From positions 1 to 61,039 of the forward strand of contig DEWP01000008.1 of NCBI GenBank assembly GCA_002363735.1: DNA of 61,039 nucleotides. The letters are read 5' to 3'. The DNA is from Bacillales bacterium UBA3207 (GTDB lineage Bacteria; Bacillota_I; Bacilli_A; RFN20; CAG-826). Below are positions 8,362 through 18,507 of this stretch, piece after piece. Below the pieces are notes generated by a model, which was given only the letters and a program-made list of their open reading frames with translations, was not told the DNA's origin and did no database searches. The position numbers and the translations under genes are program-made. Positions within the stretch are counted from its first letter, which is position 1, and every line of letters starts with the position of its first letter.

Positions 8362-10806
8362 ATGACTAAACTAGAATTAACCATCGACGATGGCTTCATT
8401 TTTTTGTTGCTCTTTTTTGTTAACTTTGCACTAATTTTATCAGTTGCTAAGTTGGGCCGCGTATCATCAGTTCTTTTTAAAGCTGTAATTATTATTTCTT
8501 TAATTTGGTTTATATTTAAATTAGCGTGTTTTATCTGGCTGTCTATCAAGAATAAATCACTAGAAAAAAGAAAAACTCTATTCACGATTTCAGTTATTTT
8601 GCTTTATTTTGCTTTATTTTTAAGAATACTTGTTTTTTGCGCCATCAATCGGTATAACATGTTTCAATTTGAGTTTCTTAAGAAGGCAATTTTGTATCTA
8701 TCTGCCATAAACTTTATATATTGTTGTGTTAATTCAAAATTCAATAAAGTCGTTTTTCATTTCGCTTCATTTTTGTCAGCTGTATTTATTATATTTTCGT
8801 TTTCTTTGTTCTTGCTAGGTCCGGCTAGAAAATGGTATGGCTATTCGTCGTGGAATAACCTGACACTTAATTTTTCTAACCCAAATTTAGCTGGTTTAAT
8901 TCTGTTTTATCAAATACTAATGTTGCTAATCTCTATTTCGGCATACAACAGTAAGTTTTTAAAAACGCTATTTTTCATTTGCTTAGCACTTGGATCGTTT
9001 TTATTATACTTTACTTCGTGCAGAACCGTATTACTTGCGTTTGTTATTGGGATTGTTGTTACGCTTATAAATTCACGAACAAAAAACAAAAAAACGTTGT
9101 CATTTTTTGTTGCTCTTTTTCCAATCCTTTTCGCTTTTACTTATTTATTTATTTGTAATATGATTCAAAAAGCCACATCAATTGATTTACAAATATATAG
9201 TTATGCTGGTGTTACTTTTGGAAAAGCTCTAAGTTCTCGAATAACAATTTGGCTGCTTGGTCTAAAGTTTGTCTTGCAGAATCCATTTGGTGGTAATTAT
9301 TTAGAATCTTACACAGGTCATTACCATAATTCTCTCGTGGATGCTTGGGCAACTTATGGAGTTTTTGTATTCTTGCTTATAGTTTTTGTTATTGCGTTTA
9401 TGTGTTTGTTTGTGTTTAGAAAAAAAATAGGTTTTACCAAGCGTCTTACTCTTTTATGCTTAATTTCTTCAGTTCTTACTATGACCACAGAGACAACAAT
9501 TCTTCAAGCTTCATTGGGCACTTATGTTATTGCGCTCGTATTTTTACCGTTAATGAACTGTGAATTTGAGCCAGTTCATGAGTTATTTAGAATTAATAAT
9601 AAGCACAGATGTGATTCTATAATCATTTCGAATGTTTATTCCATTGGCAGTATAGGAAAACTGGTTCAATCAATTTCGGAATATGCGATTAAAAAAGGGT
9701 GTAATACCGTTGTTCTTTTTGGAAGAGGGAATAATAATGGTTCCAATAAAATAAATGCATACAAATTTTGCACTGAATTTGAAGCGTGCGTATCAAAGGC
9801 AATTTCACATTTTACTCGAAAATTATATTCTTATAATTTGTTTGCTACATATAATTTAATAAGGTTTATTAAAAAAGAGAAACCAAAGGTTGTTAATATT
9901 CATTCTATTAATGACTATTATATTAATCCATATTTACTTTTGAGGTTTCTTAAAAAAGAAGGAATTAAGACAGTTATTACCGCACATGCTGGTAATTTGT
10001 TATTTGCCAATTGTGGTGGGAATTCATTTGAGTGTACAAAATGGAAAAGAAATCCTGGCTGTGTTGATTGCCCAATAAGAAAAAATAAAGTATCCCAGAA
10101 ACTATGGTTACAAACAAACTCAGTCTTTAAAGACTTTGATAACTTAATTATAACAACCGTTTCTGAATTCTTGGGTAAGCAATTTGCAATGTCACCATAC
10201 TTTATGAACAAAAAAATAATTACTATTCACGATTCTGTCACCGACAGTTTTACGTACAAAAGCAATTTTATTATTAAAGGATTAACTAACAGAAAAAACA
10301 TTTTACTAGTTATTCCTAAAATTAGTAATCCAAACAAAGGATTTAATCACTTTGTTGAACTTGCGAAAAGTATGCCTAATTTAAATTTTATTTGTGTATC
10401 TATTGACGAAGAAAAGCCTAATGCACGGCCAAACAATATGTTTTTCTTTGGTCCCTATTATAATGATTTAGACTTAGCAAATATTTATTCATTTTGTGAT
10501 TTAACCCTAGTACTCAGCAAATCAGAAACATATTGCATGCCTGTGGCAGAATCGCTTTGCTGTGGTACAAGAGTAGTTGGATTTAAAAGCGGTGGACCTG
10601 AAGAAATATCTATAAAAGAGTATTCGACATTTGTTGAGTATGGTGATTTAGACAATATTAAAAAGGAAATAAATCATTTTTTAAGTTTACCATCTAATAA
10701 AACAGTTATTTCATCTATTGCTAGAGAAAAGTATTCTAATTTAAAAATGAATCAAGCATATTTTGAATTGTTACAAACCCTAGTGTATTACGAGGTAGAT
10801 ATTTGA
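8362..10806 (+). CDS. Fusion: Wzy/O-antigen ligase-like membrane domain + GT4 glycosyltransferase
   Basis: N-half has ~11 TMs with FSNPNLAG, SCRT, SSRITIW, HYHNS. C-half has GSIGKLV, VNIHS, TAH, KGF, SETYCMPVAESLCCG. ATG at 8362 (track start TTG 8338). Confidence 0.82.
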   Translation: MTKLELTIDDGFIFLLLFFVNFALILSVAKLGRVSSVLFKAVIIISLIWFIFKLACFIWLSIKNKSLEKRKTLFTISVILLYFALFLRILVFCAINRYNMFQFEFLKKAILYLSAINFIYCCVNSKFNKVVFHFASFLSAVFIIFSFSLFLLGPARKWYGYSSWNNLTLNFSNPNLAGLILFYQILMLLISISAYNSKFLKTLFFICLALGSFLLYFTSCRTVLLAFVIGIVVTLINSRTKNKKTLSFFVALFPILFAFTYLFICNMIQKATSIDLQIYSYAGVTFGKALSSRITIWLLGLKFVLQNPFGGNYLESYTGHYHNSLVDAWATYGVFVFLLIVFVIAFMCLFVFRKKIGFTKRLTLLCLISSVLTMTTETTILQASLGTYVIALVFLPLMNCEFEPVHELFRINNKHRCDSIIISNVYSIGSIGKLVQSISEYAIKKGCNTVVLFGRGNNNGSNKINAYKFCTEFEACVSKAISHFTRKLYSYNLFATYNLIRFIKKEKPKVVNIHSINDYYINPYLLLRFLKKEGIKTVITAHAGNLLFANCGGNSFECTKWKRNPGCVDCPIRKNKVSQKLWLQTNSVFKDFDNLIITTVSEFLGKQFAMSPYFMNKKIITIHDSVTDSFTYKSNFIIKGLTNRKNILLVIPKISNPNKGFNHFVELAKSMPNLNFICVSIDEEKPNARPNNMFFFGPYYNDLDLANIYSFCDLTLVLSKSETYCMPVAESLCCGTRVVGFKSGGPEEISIKEYSTFVEYGDLDNIKKEINHFLSLPSNKTVISSIAREKYSNLKMNQAYFELLQTLVYYEVDI

Positions 10807-10811
10807 TTAGT

Positions 10812-12050
10812 ATGAAATTATTAGTGCTTTCAAACAACCCCATTAGTGAACGTTCTTCTAACGGAAGAACTATTTTAAACTTACTTTTGAACTTTAAAGA
10901 AGAAGACATCTGTAACATCTTTGTTAATGGTCAACTAGGAGATATAGGCAAAAGAAAATATTACAGGGTAAAAGAAAAGAATTTGTTGAAGCGTAAAAAA
11001 CCGTACTTGTCTCAGGTTAAAAATGCACCAGAAATAGTTATTAGCTCAGCCAAACGAGTCAAAAAGACCCCATTAAAATGTCTTGTTAGATCTTTGGTTT
11101 GGGAAAACAAGTCATTATATAAAGAAATACTTATGGTAGCAAAATCTTTTTCACCAGATGCGATTTTGATTCAGTGTGGCGATTCAGATTTTTTAATTAA
11201 AATAGCAAACTTCTTATCGAAAGTGCTGAGCAAACCGCTGATTAGTTTCAATTCCGAAGATTACATTTTTAAAAAATGGGACTATTTATTAAGAAAACAG
11301 CGTAAGTCTGTGGTTTTTAAAGTGTTTATGAACAGACTAATTAAAGCATATAACGATCTCTATAAAGTTGCTTCTGGGCACATTTATCTTACTTCGGGAT
11401 TGCAAAAAGAGTATTTAATCAAATACCCAGGGCATCGATCGATTGTTCTATACAATTCTTCAACATTGTGTGCTGTTACTCATTATTTTAGTGATGGTGA
11501 TGTTGTATATTCTGGGAATTTAGGTGTAGGTAGACTAGATACATTAGTAAAATTATCTAAAATTATTTTCGAATTATCTGGCAAACGTGTAGTTGTTTGT
11601 TCCAACACAATTGACGAAAGAACGACTAAAATAGCTTCAGATTGTCCATATTTTGATTTTCGCGGTTCTTTGTCATATGCAGATAATGTTGAAATATTAA
11701 AACGAGCAAAATTACTTCTACATATTGAAAGTTTTGAAGAATATTACTTATTAGATACCAAAAATGCTTTTTCGACAAAAATTGCAGATTCATTGAGATT
11801 AGGTATTCCTTTATTTGTGCTTGCTCCAAGGTCTAGTTACGTTTATTCATATTTTGATAACAACAAATCTTGCTTTTTATCTGATAATCTAGTTGAAGCC
11901 AAAAAAATTCTTGAAAACATTCTTTTTAATAAGGAGTTGCTCGAAGAGAAAGGTAAACTGGGTAGTAGAATAGGCGAGCTCAATCATGACGCATCTGCTA
12001 ATTCAAAAATATTTGTTTCATTTCTGGAGGATGTTTGTTATGACGTTTGA
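10812..12050 (+). CDS. GT-B (GT4-like) glycosyltransferase
   Basis: VYSGNLGVGR, LLHIESF, FSTKIADSL..G.P. Confidence 0.75.
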   Translation: MKLLVLSNNPISERSSNGRTILNLLLNFKEEDICNIFVNGQLGDIGKRKYYRVKEKNLLKRKKPYLSQVKNAPEIVISSAKRVKKTPLKCLVRSLVWENKSLYKEILMVAKSFSPDAILIQCGDSDFLIKIANFLSKVLSKPLISFNSEDYIFKKWDYLLRKQRKSVVFKVFMNRLIKAYNDLYKVASGHIYLTSGLQKEYLIKYPGHRSIVLYNSSTLCAVTHYFSDGDVVYSGNLGVGRLDTLVKLSKIIFELSGKRVVVCSNTIDERTTKIASDCPYFDFRGSLSYADNVEILKRAKLLLHIESFEEYYLLDTKNAFSTKIADSLRLGIPLFVLAPRSSYVYSYFDNNKSCFLSDNLVEAKKILENILFNKELLEEKGKLGSRIGELNHDASANSKIFVSFLEDVCYDV

Positions 12051-12834
12051 AGTTTTAGTTTCAACTATGAACGATGATTTTTCTTTACTAGATAAAATGA
12101 ATATTGATACAAATTGCATCATTGTGAATCAATGTAATAAAGATGGGGTTTCAATACAAAATCACAAAGGGCATCAAGTGATATGGATAAATTCCAAAGA
12201 ACGCGGCCTTTCAAAAAGTAGAAATCTTGCACTTTCATATTCAAAGTCTGACATTTTGCTTTTGGCAGACAATGATGAAATTTTTGAAAATGATTATCAT
12301 AAATTGATTTTAGATGAATTTAATCACAATAAAAAAACTCACCTTATCGCATTTAATATCAAATCTATAGATAACAAAAGAAAGCGCTATTTGAATAAGA
12401 AAAGAAAAAAACTAAGCAAATTTAACATATTTAGATATGGATCTGCAAGGATCGCTTTTAAACGAGAATTTGTTTTCAAGCACAACATTACTTTTAACGA
12501 ATCTTTTGGTGCTGGAACTCCGATGGGAAGTGGAGAGGATTCGATTTTTCTGAATGAATTTTTAAAAAAACATGGGAGGTGCATGTCTTCACCTATTTAT
12601 ATTGCAAAAATAGATGATAGTTCTTCCACGTGGTTTTCTGGTTTTAATGCAAATTACTTTTATAATATTGGTTATATATTTTATGAGTTGTTTCCTTATG
12701 CAACGAAACTCTACATATTATTTTATCTAATTAAACACCGCGGTAGAACAAACGACATAGGTTTTTTTAAAGCCTATGATTTTATGAAAAAAGGTTATAA
12801 TGACAACAAAAAAAGTAGGTATGAGAACAAATAA
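12040..12834 (+). CDS. Glycosyltransferase family 2
   Basis: EVLVSTMN, ERGLSKSRN, ADNDE, FGAG...SGEDSIF. RBS GGAGG at 12026 favours ATG 12040. Confidence 0.88.
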   Translation: MTFEVLVSTMNDDFSLLDKMNIDTNCIIVNQCNKDGVSIQNHKGHQVIWINSKERGLSKSRNLALSYSKSDILLLADNDEIFENDYHKLILDEFNHNKKTHLIAFNIKSIDNKRKRYLNKKRKKLSKFNIFRYGSARIAFKREFVFKHNITFNESFGAGTPMGSGEDSIFLNEFLKKHGRCMSSPIYIAKIDDSSSTWFSGFNANYFYNIGYIFYELFPYATKLYILFYLIKHRGRTNDIGFFKAYDFMKKGYNDNKKSRYENK

Positions 12835-13939
12835 AAATAATAGAATAATTCTTTCTTCTTATTGTAAAGGCCACAATTTTGGCTCCATTTTACAATGTTT
12901 TGCATTAAAAAAGTTTTTAGAAAACAACGATTATGAAGTTGCCGTGGTTGATGAAAAGAACAAACACAAGAAAAAACTTATTACATTAGTTAGAGGTTTG
13001 TTTCATCTAAATCTTTTAAAAAAGATTTTTAAAGCAAGTCGTCAAACCGGTCACAACATTTCATCAACGCAGCATCAATTATTTGAAAATGATATATTGA
13101 GATTAAATATTAAAACTTTGAGTTTTTCGGAAGCAAAGAAATATTCTGCTGATTCTCTGTGTTGTGTTTGTGGGTCTGATCAAATATGGAATACAGAGGC
13201 GTTATATATTAATCCGTTTTATTTTTTATCTTTTTCTCCTTTTGACAAAAATATTGCATACGCTCCTTCATTAGGTAGAAATTATGTACCTAAATTTAAT
13301 GAGAAAAAGATTATGAACTACATTAAAAACATAAGGTTCTTATCAACTCGAGAAGAATATAATTGCTCGTTGCTGTCAAAGCTTTCTTTTGGGCGAAGGG
13401 TTCAAAGCGTTTGCGATCCTGTGTTTTTGTTATCAAAAATAGAGTGGCAGCAATTGCTCGATTCTGCTATAAAAGAAGCAAACGATTATGTGTTGTGCTA
13501 TTTTTTAGACACCCCTAATGAGGATGTTGCTATGCAAATCGTTTTATTGCTTAGGGGTTTAAACAAATCTGTTTTGTTTCTTGGCAATGCAATGCAAAAG
13601 TTTTCTAGCTTTTTTAATTTTGCTTATAAATTTGTTGATGTTAGTGCATTTTCTTTTCCTGAAATGGTGTTTAGCAGCACTGTTGTTCTAACCGATTCAT
13701 TTCACGGGATTGCTTTCTCGATTGTTGGCGAAAAGAATGTATATTGGTTTCCTAGAAATTATATTTCAGGAGAATCACAAGATGTGAGAATATTAAGTCT
13801 TTTAAAAACTTTTTCCATCGTTCACGCAAATGATTTTGAGTTGATTAAGAAAGAAAATTCCAATGAATTAATCGAAGAATATATTTTATCTTCTAAAACA
13901 TTTTTGCTTTCTTCTGTAGAGGCTATAAAAAATGAATAA
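12800..13939 (+). CDS. Polysaccharide pyruvyl transferase family protein
   Basis: NFGSILQCFAL, GSDQIWN, YAPSLG, STRE, CDPVFLL, TDSFHG. Start may be 12821. Confidence 0.88.
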   Translation: MTTKKVGMRTNKNNRIILSSYCKGHNFGSILQCFALKKFLENNDYEVAVVDEKNKHKKKLITLVRGLFHLNLLKKIFKASRQTGHNISSTQHQLFENDILRLNIKTLSFSEAKKYSADSLCCVCGSDQIWNTEALYINPFYFLSFSPFDKNIAYAPSLGRNYVPKFNEKKIMNYIKNIRFLSTREEYNCSLLSKLSFGRRVQSVCDPVFLLSKIEWQQLLDSAIKEANDYVLCYFLDTPNEDVAMQIVLLLRGLNKSVLFLGNAMQKFSSFFNFAYKFVDVSAFSFPEMVFSSTVVLTDSFHGIAFSIVGEKNVYWFPRNYISGESQDVRILSLLKTFSIVHANDFELIKKENSNELIEEYILSSKTFLLSSVEAIKNE

Positions 13940-15116
13940 TATTTTAGATCAGGCTGAAACATTGTGTTCAGGGTGTAGTGTCTGCGTTTATTCTTGCCCG
14001 CGTAATTGCATAAGTATAAAGCAACAAAACGCTTTTTATTCGGCTCACATCGATGAAGCAAAGTGTATAAAATGCGGTTTGTGCAAAAAACGATGTTATC
14101 GTTTTATCGATAAAAGCTTACCAGCAAACAGCACAATCTATTGTTTGAAATCAAAAAATGGTGAATTAATAAAAAAGTCTTCATCGGGTGGGATGTCTTT
14201 TACTCTAATGAAAAAACTGATTGAAAACGGATATGTTGTTTTTGGATTTGGATACGAGATATCATCTAAAGAATGCAAAATGTTTAAAGCTGAAACACTA
14301 GATGAACTTGGTGTTTTTCTTGGTTCTAAATACTTTCAAGCTAATGTCTATAATGAAAAACTGTTTAAAACTATAATTTCTGAATGTTCAAATACAAAAA
14401 TGGCATTTTTTGGAACACCATGCATTATTGCTGGAATAAAAACGTTACTCAGCGGATTTAAACTTGATGAAGTGATTTTTGTTGATTTGTTTTGCCACGG
14501 AGTACCAAGCGATTTGCTTTGGAAAAAATATAACAATTATATTGAAAAAAGAACTGGAACAATAAAACGCGTAGAGTTCCGTTCTAAGAAATATGGTTGG
14601 CACACATTCTCTAATGTTTTATTTGGTGATAAAGGTTGTTATTCCTCTGTTAATGATAAGTATTATGAGCTGTATTTTAGTGGATTGTTTACAAACCCTT
14701 CATGCTTCGACTGCAAAGTTAAAAATGATTTTTCAAACTCCGACATCAGACTCGGGGATGCCTGGGGACCAACGCATGATAGAAACAAAACTGGAGTTTC
14801 TGTTGTTGCATGCAATACAAAAAAAGGAAAAGAGTTGGTGGATCAGTGTTTTGATGAAATTATCTATGAGAAAACTATATCAGAGAAAGAAATTGGTAGA
14901 TTCCAGTCTATTTACTCATCTAAATCCTTTACTGATAAGAATAGACAATTCATCAACTATCTTTTAAGTGAATCAGAATTTGAGACTATTTATAAGGAAT
15001 ATGTTAAAAACCTTTGTTTAAAAGCCAGAATAAAAAGGTTTTTCAAAAAAATATCTAACAACCTGCCATTTGGTTTAAAACAATATTTTAAATATTTACA
15101 CCATAAAAGAAAATAA
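13932..15116 (+). CDS. 4Fe-4S dicluster + FrhB/FdhB-like (F420 hydrogenase beta subunit-like) protein
   Basis: CxxCxxCxxxCP and CxxCxxCxxxC; SSSGG, GSKYFQ, GTPC, DLFCHGVPS, DIRLGDAWG. Confidence 0.88.
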   Translation: MNNILDQAETLCSGCSVCVYSCPRNCISIKQQNAFYSAHIDEAKCIKCGLCKKRCYRFIDKSLPANSTIYCLKSKNGELIKKSSSGGMSFTLMKKLIENGYVVFGFGYEISSKECKMFKAETLDELGVFLGSKYFQANVYNEKLFKTIISECSNTKMAFFGTPCIIAGIKTLLSGFKLDEVIFVDLFCHGVPSDLLWKKYNNYIEKRTGTIKRVEFRSKKYGWHTFSNVLFGDKGCYSSVNDKYYELYFSGLFTNPSCFDCKVKNDFSNSDIRLGDAWGPTHDRNKTGVSVVACNTKKGKELVDQCFDEIIYEKTISEKEIGRFQSIYSSKSFTDKNRQFINYLLSESEFETIYKEYVKNLCLKARIKRFFKKISNNLPFGLKQYFKYLHHKRK

Positions 15117-15119
15117 AAA

Positions 15120-15869
15120 CTATTTATTTTCTTTTTTATGTTTTTCTTTAAGTGCTAAATATAAACGCTCTCCAATAATTTTTCGAAAAATTGATTTTAT
15201 TGTAAAAGATAATGTTCTCTTTTTATTTGTCCAAGACCCTCCAAAGTGGTGAATTGAAATTGTGTTTTCAGTTATTTTCATTGCTCCAGTTTGCCATTTC
15301 TTTGGGCACATGTAACTATGATCCATTAAAATCACATTGTTTATTGTTTGAGTTCTGTCATTTAAATTAAAACCATATTCGGCAAAAACGTGAGTATTTG
15401 TATGTGGACATGCTGTGTAATTATATGTTCCATCATCTTTTATGAAAGAAAGTGTTTCGTAATCTCGCATCATTGATTGAACTAATGCATTGCCCGCTTT
15501 TGACCCAAATCCTTGTCCTGTTGATACAAAAAATAAGCCATTTTCTGAATAATCTTCAAAACCAAAAAAAGCATCATATTTTAGTAGGAAATCTAGTGAT
15601 TTGATAAGCTCTACATCTGTGTCTAAATATATACCTCCTTGTCTATTGATGACAAAAAGGCGAACATAATCGGTTACAAAAGCCCATTTTTTCGCTGCGT
15701 ATGCATCTCTTACATATTTTGGAGTTGTCGAAATGTCAAAATTTAATTCGTCCCATTGAACAATTTGAAAAGACGGACAATATTTTTTCCATGATTTAAT
15801 GCATTTTTTTGCGCCCTTATCAAGTTTATTACCACCAAACCAACAATAATGTATAATTTTTGGAATCAT
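15120..15869 (-). CDS. GT32 (DXD sugar-binding) glycosyltransferase
   Basis: MIPKIIHYCWFG, WAFVTDYVR, GGIYLDTDVE, IHHF.GSW. Confidence 0.92.
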   Translation of the reverse strand: MIPKIIHYCWFGGNKLDKGAKKCIKSWKKYCPSFQIVQWDELNFDISTTPKYVRDAYAAKKWAFVTDYVRLFVINRQGGIYLDTDVELIKSLDFLLKYDAFFGFEDYSENGLFFVSTGQGFGSKAGNALVQSMMRDYETLSFIKDDGTYNYTACPHTNTHVFAEYGFNLNDRTQTINNVILMDHSYMCPKKWQTGAMKITENTISIHHFGGSWTNKKRTLSFTIKSIFRKIIGERLYLALKEKHKKENK

Positions 15870-16771
15870 TTTTTTGTACCCTTAAATGCCTTTTTCATAA
15901 AATATAAGACTTTAAAAAGAGAAACATCAACAAATATATGTAACCGTGATGTAGCAAGCATTTTTGATATCTCTCCTCTTGAAAAATTTTTTGAATTGTT
16001 TTTTACATAACTACTTATTATTGACCATTTAGTATAGCCTTTTATTTTCTTATATTTTATTGATTGCCGAATATATAAACCATATCCTTTTGGGTTGTTT
16101 TTAAAAAGTTCATTCGAGTTTGCGGTTAAGCCATCGCTTAGATATTCACATAGATATATTATCTTGTTAAAAAATCTCATCTTAAAACCATTGTGAGCAA
16201 TTTTATCCCAGACAACACATTCTGTTAAAAAATTCTCGTTCTCAAATTCTGGAAACCTATATTTCTTTAATATATTGGTATAAAACACCTCAGCTTTATC
16301 ACCAACTATATTATTTTTATCTCTTTGAAGCATGGTAATATCGAGAAACTCTTGATTTGAAAAAGTACTTCCAACAGATAGATTGGTTGATATTAGCCCC
16401 TTAAGGCCACATATCCCGGCAAAAATAGTCCTTTTATTGTTTGGAATCGTTCTTTCAATTTTATCAATAGTTTCCAATGCATCTATTGGCAAGATATCAT
16501 CGGAGTCAACTATATAAAACAGGTCTCCTTCTGCAACTTCAATGCCTTTATTAATTGCTCTATGCTTTCCGCCATTTGCTGTGTTGATCAATTTAATTTC
16601 AAAAGGAGCACTTTGAATCCACCTTTTGATAAGAGCATCAGTGTTGTCTGTAGATCCATCATTAACAATAATCCATTCAAAATCTTTGTATGTTTGGGAT
16701 TTTAGAGATATAAAAAGGCGTTCTATTATGTATGCTCTATTATATGTGGATGTGAACACGCTTATTCTCAT
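15866..16771 (-). CDS. Glycosyltransferase family 2
   Basis: VFTSTYNRA, NDGSTD, NGGKHRA, VDSDD, GDKAEV, YLSDGLT. Confidence 0.92.
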   Translation of the reverse strand: MRISVFTSTYNRAYIIERLFISLKSQTYKDFEWIIVNDGSTDNTDALIKRWIQSAPFEIKLINTANGGKHRAINKGIEVAEGDLFYIVDSDDILPIDALETIDKIERTIPNNKRTIFAGICGLKGLISTNLSVGSTFSNQEFLDITMLQRDKNNIVGDKAEVFYTNILKKYRFPEFENENFLTECVVWDKIAHNGFKMRFFNKIIYLCEYLSDGLTANSNELFKNNPKGYGLYIRQSIKYKKIKGYTKWSIISSYVKNNSKNFSRGEISKMLATSRLHIFVDVSLFKVLYFMKKAFKGTKK

Positions 16772-17089
16772 GTAGAATAGTATATATCATTTTTTTTTGA
16801 ATAAATTAATTCGAATTATTTTTCAATCGTATTTGCTTTCGTCTTTTCTTATTAGAAATTTTTAAGTAGCAATAGATTCACGTAATAATTGACTCGTTGT
16901 GTCAAACGAAAAGTGATTGAAAGTACATTGGTATGGAATAATTTTATCCCTTGTAAATCTATTTTTTCCTTATATATCTATAAACCAATCAAATGAAAGG
17001 ATTAAGTATTATTGGATAAATTGCGTCTATTCAAAAATAGACATCACCAGTTAAATAAAGTATCATAAGAACAAAAGAAGTTACTATTT

Positions 17090-17836
17090 ATGGCATTAGT
17101 TAGTATCATTACACCAGCATATAAATGTAGAAACACTATTAAAGAAACATTTGATAGTGTTCTTTCTCAAACATTTGCTGATTGGGAATGGATAGTGGTG
17201 GACGATTGTTCACAAGATGACTCCTTTTTTTATTTAAAAGAACTAACAAAAGATGATCCTAGAGTAATAGTTTTAAAAACTCCCAAAAATGGTGGAACAG
17301 CTGTTGCTAGAAATATAGGACTAAAGCACGCCAGTGGTAGATATATTACTTTCTTAGATTCCGATGATCTTCTTGACCCAAATTATTTAGAATGTCAATT
17401 AGAGTTTATTAAAGAGCATGGACCTCTTATTTCGGCTGCTTATAGAAGAAAAGCTGAGCATACATATACTGATTTTTTTGTTCCTGATAAAGTCGATTAT
17501 AAATTAGCTTTAAAAGGCAATCCATTATCTTGCTTAACAACAATGTATGATCGGGAAGTAATTGGTGAAGTTTACTTTCCGGAAAATCTACTTAAATGTG
17601 AAGACTATGTATTTTGGTTAACCATCTTAAAAAGAAGAATTATTGCTTATGGCAATCCAAGTATTTTAGCAACCTATAATATATTGAAGAATAGTAAATC
17701 TAGAAATAAGCTTAAATTAATTAAATATATGTATCATGTTTATCATAAAACGCAGGGAATCAACTGGCTTAAGAGTTGGTTCTATGTGATTAGATGGGCG
17801 TTTTATGGCAAGAAGAAATATAGGAATGTAAAATAA
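17090..17836 (+). CDS. Glycosyltransferase family 2 (TuaG-like)
   Basis: VSIITPAY, DDCSQD, ARN.G, FLDSDD, EDYVFWL, SKSRNK. Confidence 0.9.
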   Translation: MALVSIITPAYKCRNTIKETFDSVLSQTFADWEWIVVDDCSQDDSFFYLKELTKDDPRVIVLKTPKNGGTAVARNIGLKHASGRYITFLDSDDLLDPNYLECQLEFIKEHGPLISAAYRRKAEHTYTDFFVPDKVDYKLALKGNPLSCLTTMYDREVIGEVYFPENLLKCEDYVFWLTILKRRIIAYGNPSILATYNILKNSKSRNKLKLIKYMYHVYHKTQGINWLKSWFYVIRWAFYGKKKYRNVK

Positions 17837-18256
17837 CATATTCTAATCCTTCTTAATATGATATTTTCTGTCAATGGTACAATGATTGTTACATTTGAAA
17901 ATAAATCATATGTCAATATGACAATACAAAGAAAGGTACAATCATATATGACAGCTGCTAAATCTTTGTTGGTGTAATAAACTGTTGTACAATTAATATT
18001 ATTAATAATCATAATATGTTTTGTGTGCGCAGCAGAGGATTATCACGAACTTGCCAATTTGACTATTAATATTAAAGAAGAAATCATAAAACAACTTGGA
18101 AGAAAATCTAAAAAATTTATACAGTTTATTATTAAAAGGAAATTTTTATTGATAGGTTGATCAATGAATTGAATATCAAAAAATATGTAAATGATTTTAA
18201 TTCAATTTCATTTAAAAAATAGAAATTATAAATATCTAACTAGGAGGAGTTCTCAA

Positions 18257-18460
18257 ATGAGAGATTATAAAGATGAAATTGTTGTTTGTTCAAGATGTGG
18301 TAAGGAATTTGTGAAGAGAATGCTGTATTTTCCGTGTAATACCGAATCGGCTCATGATTCTTTTTATTGTTGCCCTTATTGTAATCAAACTTATTCAATT
18401 AGATTATCGCCTAGAGAAGATGTTTTAACGTTTAAAGTAGAAAACTTTCATAAGAAATAA
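18257..18460 (+). CDS. Small Zn-ribbon-like protein (67 aa)
   Basis: RBS AGGAGG at 18242 precedes ATG 18257; CSRC...CCPYC cysteine pairs. Confidence 0.65.
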   Translation: MRDYKDEIVVCSRCGKEFVKRMLYFPCNTESAHDSFYCCPYCNQTYSIRLSPREDVLTFKVENFHKK

Positions 18461-18507
18461 TCTAATTATTTAATCGAATACTTTAATAAAAAGCAGGAGA
18501 GTATTTT

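Noticed and set aside
5185-17089. Invertase-driven phase variation of the inverted GT cassettes
   Set aside because: No flanking inverted repeats found by eye and no recombinase in the window.
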